64,000 bases of DNA from contig JAWMAR010000244.1 in NCBI GenBank assembly GCA_036785375.1, forward strand, positions 1,426,001 to 1,490,000, written 5' to 3'. Below are positions 50,410-62,189 of the stretch, one piece after another (position 1 is the stretch's first letter; each line of letters starts with the position of its first letter). The translations under genes and the position numbers were made by a program. Below the pieces are notes generated by a model. The model did not search any database, had not been told where the DNA came from, and saw nothing but the letters and a program-made list of their open reading frames with translations. This DNA is from Leucoraja ocellata (Eukaryota).

Positions 50410-51155
50410 CATAAAGTAGACAAAAATGCTGGAGAAACTCAGCGGGTGAGGTAGCATCTATGGAGAAAAGGAGTAGGTGACGTTTCGAGTCAAGACCCTT
50501 CTTCAGTGATGTGGTGGGGGGGGGCGGGAAAAAGAAAGGACAGTAGGTTATGTGGGAGAGCTGGGAAGGGGAGGGGAAGGAGGGAGAAAGCATGGACTAC
50601 CTAACATTAGAGAAATCAATGTTTATACCGCTGGGGTGTAAACTACCCAAGTGAAATACGAAGTGTTGTTCCTCTAATTTGCGCTGGTCCTCCCTCTGGC
50701 AATGGAGGAGGCCCAGGACAGAAAGATTCAGAATGGGAGGGTTGAAGTGCTGGGCAACCAGGGGATCAGGTTGGATAGTATGGACTGAGCAGAGCCTACG
50801 CTTGGTCTCGCCGATGAAGAGAAGTTGACACAAACAACAGCAGATGCAGTAGATGAGGTTGGAGGAGGTGCAAGTGAACCTCTGCTTCACCTGGAAAGAC
50901 TGCTTGGGTCCTTGGATGGAGTCGAGGGGGGAGGTAAAGCGACAAGTGTAGCATTTCCTGCGGTTGCAGGGGAAAGGATCAGGGGAGGGGGTCTGGGTGG
51001 GAAGGGACAAAATGACCAGGGAGTTACAGAGGGAACGGTCTCTATGGAAAGCAGAAAGGGGAAGAGATGGGAAGATGTGGCCAGTGGTAGGATCTCGCTG
51101 GAGGTGGCGAAAATGTCGGAGGATAATATGTTGTATGCGCCCGCTGATGGGTCCC
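50410..51155 (-). mobile_element. Penelope-like element 3' region: GIY-YIG endonuclease remnant + pseudo-LTR
   Basis: ORF 50597-51166: PCNRRKCYTC...FTCTSSNLIYCI.C..C..LFIGETKR...VAQHF...RKLEEQH...GINIDF. Confidence 0.88.
50472..50510 (-). ncRNA. Minimal type I hammerhead ribozyme core (Penelope pseudo-LTR)
   Basis: CUGAAGA-A-GGGUC-UU-GACUC-GAAAC-GUC: conserved core intact, palindromic ACGU in place of stem III. Stem I pairing is poor. Confidence 0.6.
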
Positions 51156-51519
51156 ATTTTCACCACCTACTTTCGATTTTCCCAGCATCTGCAGTTCCTT
51201 CTTAGACATAAAGTGTTAGCTCTGTTTCTGTCTTCAGAGAGGCTACTTAGCCTGTTTCATCACTTCCTGTCTCTATCTCAGATATACATGATCTGCAGCA
51301 TTTTGCATCCGGTGAATTGTACGCACTTTCATATTATTTAGTGCCAATTTAAATTGTGAAATTCCATTTTACATGTGACAGCTTAGCTCAAGTAGCAAAG
51401 ATTTCAAACTGAACACATTTTAAGACAAATAATACATGGTCACACTGAGGGTGTACCAACACTGTTATGCACTGCTGAGCAATACCAGGATTCCAATAGG
51501 ATATGTTCTCAGTCGCTTA

Positions 51520-52310
51520 CTATACTACACACGGCTGTGAGGCCAAGTGCTGCTCTGACCCTATCATGTTGCAAGTTTGCAAATGACACCATTGTGTCGA
51601 CACACAAACGACCACAGACGATGATGAGATGGAGTACAGGAAGGAAATAGCTAAGTGACATGCACCACAAAAAACATATTGTTGGGTTTCATCACAGCTT
51701 TGTTTGGGAACAGCTCTGCCCAATGCCACAAGAAATTGCAGATAGTTGTGGCTGTACCCCAGTCCAATACATAGGGCAGATTCCCCACTATTGGTTTACT
51801 CTTCACATCATGCTGCCTCAGTAAAGCTGCAAACACAACCAAGATACATAGATGCTGTATAAGATGCTCCATAGATGCTGCCTCACCCGCTGAGTTTCTC
51901 CAGCATTTTAGTCTACCATCGATTTTCCAGCATCTGCAGTTCCTTCTTAAACATTCCGATCATTCCTTCTTTTTCCACTCCTGATGGCAGAAAATACAGC
52001 TTGAAAGCGGCACCACCAAACTCAGGGTTAGATCCTTCCCCTCTGTTATCAGACATTGGAATGGTCCTTCCATGAGCTGGGATACACTTCCAATTCTTTA
52101 ACCTACCTCATTGCAGACATTGGACTTTTTATCTGCAAATCTTGTGCTACAATGCTGAGTGTGTCTGCACTTTGGTTTCTTTCTCTTTGCTCTGCCTTTT
52201 GTACATGTGTTTGGCTTGATCATATTTATCTACAGTATTATCTGATTTGATTGAAAAATGCACAAACAAAAGATTTTCACTGTACCTCGGCACTGTATAT
52301 GTGGCAATTA
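51520..52310 (+). mobile_element. Old Rex1-like fragment interrupted by a Penelope short repeat (51868-51952)
   Basis: CAAGTTTGCAAATGACACC (KFAND), TGCTGCCTCAGTAAAGCTGC and Rex-type 3' tail. Confidence 0.6.
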
Positions 52311-53271
52311 AAAAACAAAGCTTAATCTAAACATGTGCAGGATTGGAAGCAGCAATATGCACGAGAGTCTAAGAAACTGTAACAGATTTAGGATATTCAG
52401 TTCCATGTACCTGCTCCAGCATGCCAGAAGACACCAATACTCCAGATGTTCCTGATGTTTTATATTGGCACCACTGTTTGGCATTGTAATATGGGAGTTT
52501 ATTTTTTCTCCTGCATCGACAGAGGACCAATAAGCTCCCACAATACACTCTATTAGAAGAGGGGGAAAAAATTGAATGCAATCTCTGAAGTCTATTGAGT
52601 GAGCGGATAACTTTGATGAGACGTTGGGGAGAAAAAGTGCATTTATGAAATGCTTTCACACCCACAGAGCATTTAAACATCTTATTACTAACAACGTTTT
52701 TTTTTAATGCAGTCACATATAGGAGAGACAATGTGAGGGGCATAGATGGTTGAAAACAAGGAGGCAGCCTTGGAGAATGAGAGCAGAAATTTTCTGCAAT
52801 ATAACCTCCCAATGCAGTCTCAACATATTTCATGATTGTTCAGACGTTTGCCATTCAGTCATGTTCCTGCAATGTTAGTTTTTCACTGGTGAGCTTAGCC
52901 AAAGAGAAGATATTCTGACAGTTCTCAATGATAGGCTGCAGCACCATGGCTGCTTACTGATAGATAGTATATGATCGATGAGAAAGTGATTAAAGAGTGG
53001 AAATTAATGATTTTGGAAACAGTTTATAAAGCACATGTGCATTAATAAACAGAGAAGGTTAATTTTAATATTTTTCATATAATGTCCCTACTAAAACACA
53101 ATGTTTATGATCTACACAATTTTGAGCGTGTTATGTAGAATTAAATTCAGTTAACTTAGAGGCTCCTGGGCTTTTTCATCAGATTAACTGGTGAAGCTTA
53201 CAAGCAGCAGTTAGTATGCCTTGTGAACATATCTTGGTACCAAGAGGGAAACAGCCAGTGTAGAACGAAAG

Positions 53272-53575
53272 TGGGCAGCACGGCCGCTTAGCGGTAAAGC
53301 TCCTGCCTTACAGTGCTAGAGGCCCAGGTTCGATCTTGACTACAGGTGCTGTCAGTATGGAGGTTGTATGTTCTCCCCGTGACTACATGGGTTTTCTCCG
53401 AGATCTCCCACACTCCAAAGACGTACAGGTTTGTAGGTTAATTGGCTTGGTATAAATATAAAATTCCCAAGTGTATGTGGGATAGTTTTAGTGTACGGGA
53501 TCGCTGGTCGGTGCAGACTTGGTGAGCTGAATGGCCTGGTTCTGCACTGTATCTCTAAACTAAAGCTAAACTAAA
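53272..53575 (+). mobile_element. HE1-like SINE, full length
   Basis: tRNA-like head with GGTTCGATC; CTGTATCTCTAAACTAAA tail. Confidence 0.88.
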
Positions 53576-53832
53576 GATGTAGGAACCTGACATGATTAAC
53601 CCAAACTATTCCAAATCAGAAGCAATCTGAAACTTTGTGGTTTAGTCAAGATTTGAGCATCTGTATTTCCCTGTGTGTTCATTTTGCAGCTCAACAGTGT
53701 CCCGACCCAAACTGTCACCTATCCATTCCCTCCAGAGATGCTGCATGACCTGCTAAATTAGTCCAGCACTTTGTCTTTTACTCAAAAAACATTGTTTTCT
53801 GGTGATTCATTCATTCACATTTTATAATAGTA

Positions 53833-54234
53833 CTAGACTAAGTGGGACCCGTTGGGACCTGAGGGCTGGTCCCCCAACGCAATATTCCACATCTCCACCA
53901 ATTCCAATATTGCTGGCCAGTGGGGGGGGGGGGGGGGGGGGGGGCCTCTGGAGTGCTAGTATGCGTGTATGGGTGTTGTGGGCTGAAGGGACTGGTTTCC
54001 AGAGGGCTAGCTGTGGGGGAGGGGGTGAAGGGGAGGAGGGGAAGAGAAAGAGAGGGGAGAGAGGGGAGAGAGAGAGAGGGGGAAAGAGAGAGAGAGAGCG
54101 GAGGAGATAGAGGGGGAGAGAGAGGGAGGGTGTGAGAGAGAGGTGGGGGAGAGAGCGAGAGAGGGGAGAGGGGGAAAGAGAGATATAGGGGAGGGAGAGA
54201 GGTGGGGAAGATAGCGAGAGGGGGGAGAGAGAGG

Positions 54235-54280
<46 letters not shown>

Positions 54281-54565
54281 TGGGAGGCAGGTGGGCCTCG
54301 ATTGGTGGGCATGTGGGCATTGTGATGTCAGCAGCTGGCAAGCGCCAATTTAAAGTGAGTTTTGTGAACAATTTTATTCAAAATCTGGAGAAATAATTGA
54401 CCAAATCTAGAGAGGATTTCTGGAATCATAAGTGAAATCCCTATCGAAATATGTAAAAATCACCGTGTCTTTGCGTCTGGTTTTCGAGGAGATACGTTTC
54501 AAAGGCAAAATGACATACACCCCCACACACACACACACACTCACAGTGTTCTAAAAGTATATAGA
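53833..54565 (-). mobile_element. Non-autonomous Helitron-like element, both termini present
   Basis: Minus strand: A|TCTATATACTTTTAG ... GGTCCC-AAC-GGGTCCC-ACTTAGT-CTAG|T; no TSD; internal (GA)n and poly-G tracts. Confidence 0.82.
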
Positions 54566-54589
54566 TATGATATGATAGATAACACATTG

Positions 54590-54755
54590 ATGCAGCGATA
54601 GAGTTACTGCCTTACAGCACCAGAGAACCAGATTCGGTCCTGACTACGGGTACTGTTTTTGTGGAGTTCGTACGTTCTCCCTGTGACCACATGGGTTTTC
54701 ACCAGGTGCTCTGGTTTCCTCCTACATTCCAAAGACATGTAGGTTTGTAGGTGAA
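54590..54755 (+). mobile_element. HE1-like SINE, 3'-truncated
   Basis: GCAGCGATAGAGTTACTGCCTTACAGCACCAGAGA...GTTCTCCCTGTGACC. Confidence 0.75.
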
Positions 54756-55361
54756 TGAGGTTAAAGCAAGTGATGTGGTGCACATAGACTTCCAGAAGGT
54801 CTTTGATAAGGTACTGCTCAACAGATTTATTAGTGAAATTGAGGCACATGGCCGAATGGACACTGTTGACATGGGTACACATCTGGCTAAGTAACAGGCA
54901 ACAGAGGGTTATGGTGAATGATTCTTTGTCAGATTGGAGAGAGATGAATAGGGGCCTTCACAGGAATTAATGTTAAGGCCATTAGATCTCTCTAATGACA
55001 TAGACTGGGGCATGCAAGCCACAATTTCTAAATTTGTGGTTGACAGAAAACTCAATAGTACTGTTACCTGTGCACAGGATAGTGATAGTTTACAGCAAGA
55101 TAATCAAGTTTCATTCAGATTGATCATATATTTTACAGGTTATTCACATTTTTAACTTTACAAAATCCAGTTTGAGAAAGAATCACTTGAACTTGTAGTG
55201 GCAGTTGCAGTGGCAGCTAGCTGTTATGCTGTCACAATGGGATTTAATTTGCATAAACTGCCCATGAGCAGTGCTCCCCACCCAACAATGACATCACAAT
55301 GGGATCTCATTTACACAAACTGCCCATCAACAGTGTCCCACCTAGTACAATGAGAGATTTG

Positions 55362-55665
55362 ATGCCCCCGGGAGTCTGCATCCCGGGGGCATGAACATCG
55401 AATTCTCCCAATTTTGTTAGTCCTTGCTGTCTCCTCCCCTTCCTCAGCCCCCCTGCTGTCTCCTCCCATCCCGCAGCCTTCGGGCTCCTCCTCCTTTTCC
55501 CTTTCTTGTCCCCGCCCACCCCCGCCCCCGATCAGTCTGAAGAAGGGTTTTGGCCCGAAACGTTGCCTATTTCCTTCGCTCCATAGATGCTGCTGCACCC
55601 GCTGAGTTTCTCCAGCTTTTTTGTGTAACCTTCGATTCTCCAGCATCTGCAGTTCCCTCTTAAAC
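55362..55665 (+). mobile_element. Penelope 3' end/pseudo-LTR insertion with 15-bp TSD
   Basis: TSD ACAATGAGAGATTTG at 55347-61 and 55666-80; GGCATGAACATCGAATTC (GMNIEF) end of the GIY-YIG ORF. Confidence 0.85.
55533..55570 (+). ncRNA. Minimal type I hammerhead ribozyme core
   Basis: CUGAAGA-A-GGGUU-UU-GGCCC-GAAAC-GUU. Confidence 0.6.
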
Positions 55666-56631
55666 ACAATGAGAGATTTGTTACCTTGTTGTAAGGAAGT
55701 GGGGGAGGGGAGAGGGTGAAATGTTATTTAAACATTGTGTTTAGTGGGGGAGTGCGATAGGGGAGATGTGAGGAGTGGAGGAGCAGGGAGATAGAGTGAG
55801 AGGAGTGGAGTAGGGAGGGGAGAGTGGTTATGGAGGGGGAGGGAGTGACAGGGTTGGGGAAGGAGAGGGAGGGATAGGTGAGGAAGGGAGTGGTGGAGGA
55901 GGAGCAGAGGAAGGGGTTGAGAAGAGGGAGGGTGAAGAGGAGGGAGAGGGTGTGTGAGCCACAATTGGGGGCTATGGGTGAATGGTGGAATATTGTGTTT
56001 GGGGAACGGGTTGCATTGGTGGAACAGATAAGTGGTGGAAACAGGTTGCGTTGTGGGAATGGGTGAGTGGTGGAATATTGCGTTAGGGGAATGGGGCACA
56101 ACGGGTCAGGGAGTAGGGAGGGGAGAGGGGTTATGGAGGGAGGGAGGGAGGAGGGAGGGAGGGAGTGACATGGTATGGAGTCACTGAGGGTAGGGCAAAG
56201 GAGAGGGAGGGAGAGGTGAGGGAGTGGAGGAGGAGAGGGGAGAGAAGAGGGAGGGTGAAGAGGAGGGGGTGGGAGTACTGGGGTATGAGGGGAAATGAGT
56301 CGCACCTGCGCAGTTGGGGGCTATGGTTGAGTGGTGGAATATTGCATTGGCAGAATGGGTTGCGTTTGGGGAACGGGTGAGTGGTGCAATATTGCATTGG
56401 GTGAATGGGGCCCAACGGGTGAAGAGGAGGGAGAGGAATTGCTGGGGATGAGGGGAACTGGAGGGGGATAGGGCAAGGCGCACTTGGGGAGGGTTGCCTT
56501 GACTCGCATCACAACAGGGATCTCTGGCGTCACAACGGGAACCCATCAACCACGTGGGGGAGCAGGGAGATAGAGGGAGAGGAGGGGATAGGGAGGGGTG
56601 ATGGGTTATGGAAGGGGGGAGGGAGTGACTC

Positions 56632-56795
56632 ATATATATATATGCCATTTATTGTCACTATACATGTACAATGAGATTAAAAGCAGCTCGTATTCAGTGC
56701 ATACATATAATTTAGTACAAAAAACAAGAAACAGAAAACAAAACAAAAGGGGGGTGGGATAGGTGCACAATTCTGCGGCGCTATATACATATCTA
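56632..56795 (-). mobile_element. LINE 3' tail fragment inside the Helitron-like element
   Basis: (TA)n followed by TTTATTGTCAC, the tail signature shared with Rex-type elements in this window. Confidence 0.45.
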
Positions 56796-59718
56796 TGAAG
56801 GCAAAATGGTGAAGGATGAATAGGTAGTATTCTTAGGCAGACTTACTGAGTGTAAGGGAACAGAGAGGGAGGGAGTGGTGAGGGAAGAAGTGGGGAAGAG
56901 GAGGAGGAGAGGTGAAAGAAAAGGGAGGGTCAAGAGGAGGGGAAGGGAGTGCTGAAGGATGAGGGGAATGGAGGAGTATAGGGGTAGGAAGAGGGATGGC
57001 GAGGCGCAGTTGTGGAGGGTTGCTGTGACCTGCGTCCCAACGGGGATCTCTGGCGTCATAATGCGAACCCATCAGCCACATCTGCGCAGTTGGGGCTAGG
57101 GATGATTGGTGGAATATTGTGTTCGGCAGGGACCCAACGGGTCCCACTTGGTTTAATCGAATATAAAAACAGTGAGGCTATAGTAAACTTTTTCAAAACA
57201 CTGGTCTGCCTCGAGTTGAGTATTGTCTTCAATTCTAGTCTTCTTGTCAGAGGAAGAATGCAAAGGCACTAAAGATGATCCAGAAAAAAGTTACAAGAAT
57301 GGTTCCTGCAATGATACTGCAGTTAGAAGGATGGGTTAAAGATGCTCGGACTGTTTCCAATGAGTGGAGATTTGATAGAAATAGATCAAATAATGGGTTG
57401 TAGATAGAGTGAATGGTGGGAGGCTGTAGGTCAGAATAATAAAATGGTCAGCAGAATAAGAAGAGAATTAAGAGTGACATGAAGAAACACTGTTTTTACA
57501 AAGTGTGTTTGAAGTCTGGAATACACTGCCTGCAGATGAGATATAGATGTGAGTTCCACAGTGGCCTACTGTGCAAAAGGGGAAAAGGTTAAACTTACAG
57601 TGAGGAAAAGTTTCCAAGACTGCTGAGAAGGGGCTGGGAGGTTGAATGGCACGGATACAAAGGCTAAATGGCCTCCTTTTGTGTTGTAATGATTCTATGA
57701 TACAGATGCAGAAAGAGAAGGTGGTGCTAACCCCTCAAGATTTGCAAAGAATAAAAGGTTGCCTCGAAATATCTTCATTTTGTTTCAACAAATGTTCGGG
57801 CACTCTTCACTGATTCTAAATCATGTAACTCGGTTATAATCGAAAGCACTCATGCTTGTGATGTCATTCAAGAATCAGAACGTGCTGTTGTTATCCGATA
57901 TCATTTGGTTAGTATTCCACTGGTTGCTTTCTCCCCAAGCATATAACATATGATGTAGAGATGTACCAACATTATAAACCCATGCTGGACACTAGTAACC
58001 TCCATCTTTAATGGACAAATATTTTCATGCATTCATTATTGTAGTTTCCGAACATACTGACTGAAATATTTTAATCATTACCAACACCATGGATATCTTT
58101 CACAAAACCAGCTGAGTAGCTCAAGATTCCACATAATCTACTTTTTTAAGCAGTAATCAAAATGTCATCTCCAGATGCACTGCACAAAGATAATGGTGGT
58201 CTCAAAGTTTAACTCAATGTTTCTGGTGAAATACCAATTACAAATTGTAAAGAAGTCTTTAAATGTCCCCATCATAACACATCATATTATCAACTACGAG
58301 CTTAGTCATGCTGTTCTGAATCTACCCTGTTCCGTTATTCATAAAGAATTGTAAAAGTACTGGTTAGAGTTACTTGCTCGAAAAAACTATTAATTTAGTT
58401 GATTAATTTATTGTCTTCATCCTCCACAGCTTTGAATAGCCAAGTTTAATTCACAGATTCATATGGATCTTTATTGATCAAATTTAAATTTCTTAGGAAT
58501 TCATAACCATGCATGAAGAGTTCCCTTTAAATGTTACATCAAACAATACTTTCGTAGTAACGAAGATCTCAGATCATAATTACTATTAAAATGATGAACA
58601 AAAATGCAGAAACGTATTGATTATGATGGTGAGAGAAATACTGACCTGTGGAAATCTTCATGATTCACAGATGACACTGCATGAAGGATTCAGCCAAACT
58701 CTTCTTTTTTTCTTTCCACTCATTAAACATTTTTGACATTATCATGTAACAGAAGATTCCTGTCAGCTTGCTGACTTATATTGTTCCAATCGTAAATGGT
58801 TTTAATCATATTGCAGTGTCTGAAGTTGTTCACTGCTGCGCAATTCTCAATAACACCTTGATCACACTTACTCAACGGCATCCAGTCTGCTTCGGAAAAC
58901 TGAAAAGTCTTGGTCCAGTCTGGCTTTCTAAAACTAGACAAGCAAGTCAGAACAGGTGCTGACTCAGATTAATAATCACGAGACTGCAACTTGGATAAAT
59001 CCTGTCGAGCTTTTGCTGAGAATATTTTAGAGGCTTTTCTGGAAGAGGAATCTTGCACTCAGTTTGAATCTGACAGATTTCTGGCCCATCAAAAAACATC
59101 CTCTGTACCACCAATCTTTATACCACCATCTCTTGGCAGCAGGGTGAAAACTGTGGATCTAAGATGTACAGCAATATTCCACCCAAAAAAACACAGGATT
59201 CCTTAGTGGTTAAAAAGCTTTGTCCAAAATTGCTGCAAAAATTACCATTCATTTTTCATCCATTATTTTGCATTTGGTTATAAATCTAGATTTTTCAATA
59301 AAAATGTATGATATTAAAGTGTGTCATTTAAGTATAATAACCAACATCTAATTGTAGAGAGCAGCTGCCTGAAGCGACTGTTGATGCCACCAGAAAAGGC
59401 GCGATATTTATTTTCATTCCCTTTCGAGTAATCGTGAGCTCATTTCTTGAAACTTTGTAAACTAATTAAAACAAAATCATAATAGTTCACAATTCCATTG
59501 TCATCCAATAGATGAAACGAATTGTGACAGTTAAGAAAAATACATATCAGGCATAATGTGGCTCAGAAAATTTCCAGAAAAAAAAAGTTTCACTGTCACG
59601 AAATACACATTATTGCAAAAGAAGTACTGAACAGCAAAAAAAGCAAAAAACATTCATCTGAGATGGATTGGTACGTGAGTGCAATTGTCTGTGGTCTTCA
59701 ATAACTGTGATCTTCATT

Positions 59719-59770
59719 GGGCCTGTCCCACTGAGGCAATTTTTCAGCGGACTGCCGGCGACAGTCCAGT
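59719..59770. mobile_element. Possible DNA transposon terminus (Harbinger-like GGGCCTGTCCCACT)
   Basis: Single end only; the partner is not seen and may lie in the N gap. Confidence 0.25.
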
Positions 59771-60549
59771 TGTGTTTCATTTAAATGGAGCAGTGCTGGA
59801 TTTGATAAAAATTTCCTTTCTCAGTGTAAGCCGTCCATTCTTTTAGGTCCTAATCTCACTGACGACTGTCAGAGTGGAACACACNNNNNNNNNNNNNNNN
59901 NNNNNNNNNNNNNNNNNNNNNNNNNNNNNNNNNNNNNNNNNNNNNNNNNNNNNNNNNNNNNNNNNNNNNNNNNNNNNNNNNNNNNNNNNNNNNNNNNNNN
60001 NNNNNNNNNNNNNNNNNNNNNNNNNNNNNNNNNNNNNNNNNNNNNNNNNNNNNNNNNNNNNNNNNNNNNNNNNNNNNNNNNNNNCTGGCCTGCAGAACAT
60101 TGTAAGGGTCAAGTTAGAGGCCATAAAATCTCAGTCATAGTACATTTAACATAGTACATAGTCCATCATGTATGTGAGAACAGAGAAGTCCTACCCAGCC
60201 TAGTCCCACTTTTCAAAGTTGGGTCCATAACCCTCGGCTCAAGTATAGGTCCAAGTTGGCGGATGTTTCTGCCTCTCCCACCAGGCCCCTACCACCCATT
60301 TGATTTTTAAAAATCTCCTCATACAGTTAACAGTTCGTACAGCCATGTTTATCACAAAACAGTGGAATTCAAGTTTTTAGCTGGTTCCCTAGTCTTATAC
60401 TTACAGAATGTAATGGGCACTTTTTCAAACACCTGCAAACCAGTTACTTATGCCATTTCTAATAATTTCCTCGCCGATATTGGAGATGCAATGCATTTAA
60501 CCAAATACTGACAGGGATATATCAAAGAATTAAAATGTGCATTAGTTTC

Positions 60550-60890
60550 TGTTTAAGAAGGAACTGCAGATGCTGGTAAATCAAAGGTAGACAAATGTGC
60601 TGGAGAAACTCAGCGGGTGCGACAACATCAATGGAGCGAAGGAAATAGGCAACGTTTCGGGCCGAAACCATTCTTCAGGCTGATGTAGGGTGGGAGGGTG
60701 GTGGGGGGGGGGGGGGGGGGGGAGTGGGTGGAAAGAAGAAAGGACCAGGGAGCCAGAGGGCTGAGGAAGAGCTGAGAAGGGGAGGAGACAATAAGCGATA
60801 CCTGAAATTGAAGAAGTCAATGTTCATGCCGATGGGGTAACTGCCAAAGCGAAATATGAGGTGCTGCTCCTCTAATCTTTTGTCTACCAT
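60550..60890 (-). mobile_element. Penelope 3' end/pseudo-LTR with hammerhead core
   Basis: RLEEQHLIFRFGS..GMNIDF; CTGAAGAATGGTTTCGGCCCGAAACGTT at 60651-60678; candidate TSD TGCATTAGTTTCT at 60538-60550 and 60890-60902. Confidence 0.82.
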
Positions 60891-61569
60891 GCATTAGTTT
60901 CTACTCATTTATCCCTTTATTCCTCCTACTGAATGCTATGAACATTTACATAGAACTGAACTCCAGTATTATCAGAAGCACCGATGAAAACATTGATGTA
61001 TAGACCAAAACAGTTAGTTACCAATAATACTGAGGATTTAAAAAAACAGAAGAGTTGCACTGAAAATGCAAAGATCTGACATTCAACCATCTGAATTAAT
61101 TAAAAAAATTGAAAATGATCTAATAATACCCATAGTATTTAAGATATTCATTTTCTGTCAGTGGAACTCCAGCCCTCTTGAAATTGTGGCAGTATTTAAT
61201 ATATGCACAAAATACCGCTTTATAGTAATTTATCACCCTTGTTATCTTTTCTGGCACATTTATACAATAAAGACATTTCTCCTGAGTTTGCTTTCAACAT
61301 AACGAGATCTCTGAAAATAGATGCTAATTACGAGTAATTATATGAAAGCAATGCAACTCAAAGGATACATTGACTGGGTTTACTGATTCCAAGAAACTCC
61401 TGGTATATCTGCATCTTGAGGTCTTGATCAAAGTTCTTCAATGGCCGATCACTGACTTTAGCTCTTCTCATATATATTATGATACAAAAATAACCTCCAC
61501 AGGCTGCCCTATTGAACCATGCACAAAAGCTAGAATAACCTCTTCAGGAGTATGGGAGGGGACATCAAA

Positions 61570-61855
61570 GCACACGGAGTTGCGGTAGAGTTGCTGCCTC
61601 TCAGCGCTAGAGACCCGAATTCAATCCGAAACCTCGGGACCTCTGCCGTGTGGAGTTTGGACGTTCTTCCTGTGACTGCGTGGGGTTCCCCCGGGTGCTC
61701 CAGTTTCCTCCAATATCCCGAAGACGTGTGGGTTTTGTAGGTTTATCGACTTTGTTAAATTGTCCTCGTATGTAGGACAGAACTAGTGTAAAGGTAATCG
61801 ATGGTAGGTGTGGACTCGGTGGGCTGAAGAGCCTGTTCTCACATTGTATCTTTAA
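61570..61855 (+). mobile_element. HE1-like SINE
   Basis: GCGGTAGAGTTGCTGCCTCTCAGCGCTAGAGACCCG head and GGACTCGGTGGGCTGAAGAGCCTGTT end. Confidence 0.85.
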
Positions 61856-62189
61856 AATAGTTTTAAGTATATAAATTGTCTTCCATTTTATAACACAAAT
61901 ATTACAACACAGACAATTCATATGGAAGAATTTTGTAATCCCTGGTGTCACTGGAAATTTGAAATAAAAACCTAGGCTAATTAAACAAATAACTAATTGC
62001 CATTGTCTATTGGGAATCAAAATATACTATAAATTAATTAACTTCCACCCTCTCTTCAAATTCACTTAGACTATCTCTGACACCAATCTCCCCTTTCTTG
62101 ATCTCTGTCTCCATCACAAGGGACAGACTATCAACTGATGTCTACTATAAACCCACTGACTCCCTCCAACTGCACCTACTTTTTTTTTT

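Larger units (their letters stand above)
55110..57156 (+). mobile_element. Older Helitron-like element with internally repeated subterminal modules
   Basis: Perfect hairpin GGGACCC-AAC-GGGTCCC (57129-45), then ACTTGGT-TTAA|T (CTAG mutated). Repeated GGTGGAATATTG motif; 5' TC not resolved. Confidence 0.65.
54765..57702 (+). mobile_element. Ancient CR1 in two parts (54765-55105, 57157-57702) split by a Helitron-like insert
   Basis: GACTTCCAGAAGGTCTTTGATAAGGTAC (DFQK.FDKV) on the left; degenerate C-terminal coding and ATTCTATGA tail on the right. Confidence 0.65.

Noticed and set aside
53802-57147. Pro/Ser/Leu- or Gly/Arg/Glu-rich ORFs
   Set aside because: Translations of polypurine/polypyrimidine tracts within Helitron-like elements.
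58100-58260. Minus-strand CSASGDDILI resembling viral RdRp motif C (endogenous virus)
   Set aside because: The frame has stops on both sides and no motif A or B at plausible spacing; likely chance. A BLASTx of 57700-58620 would settle it.
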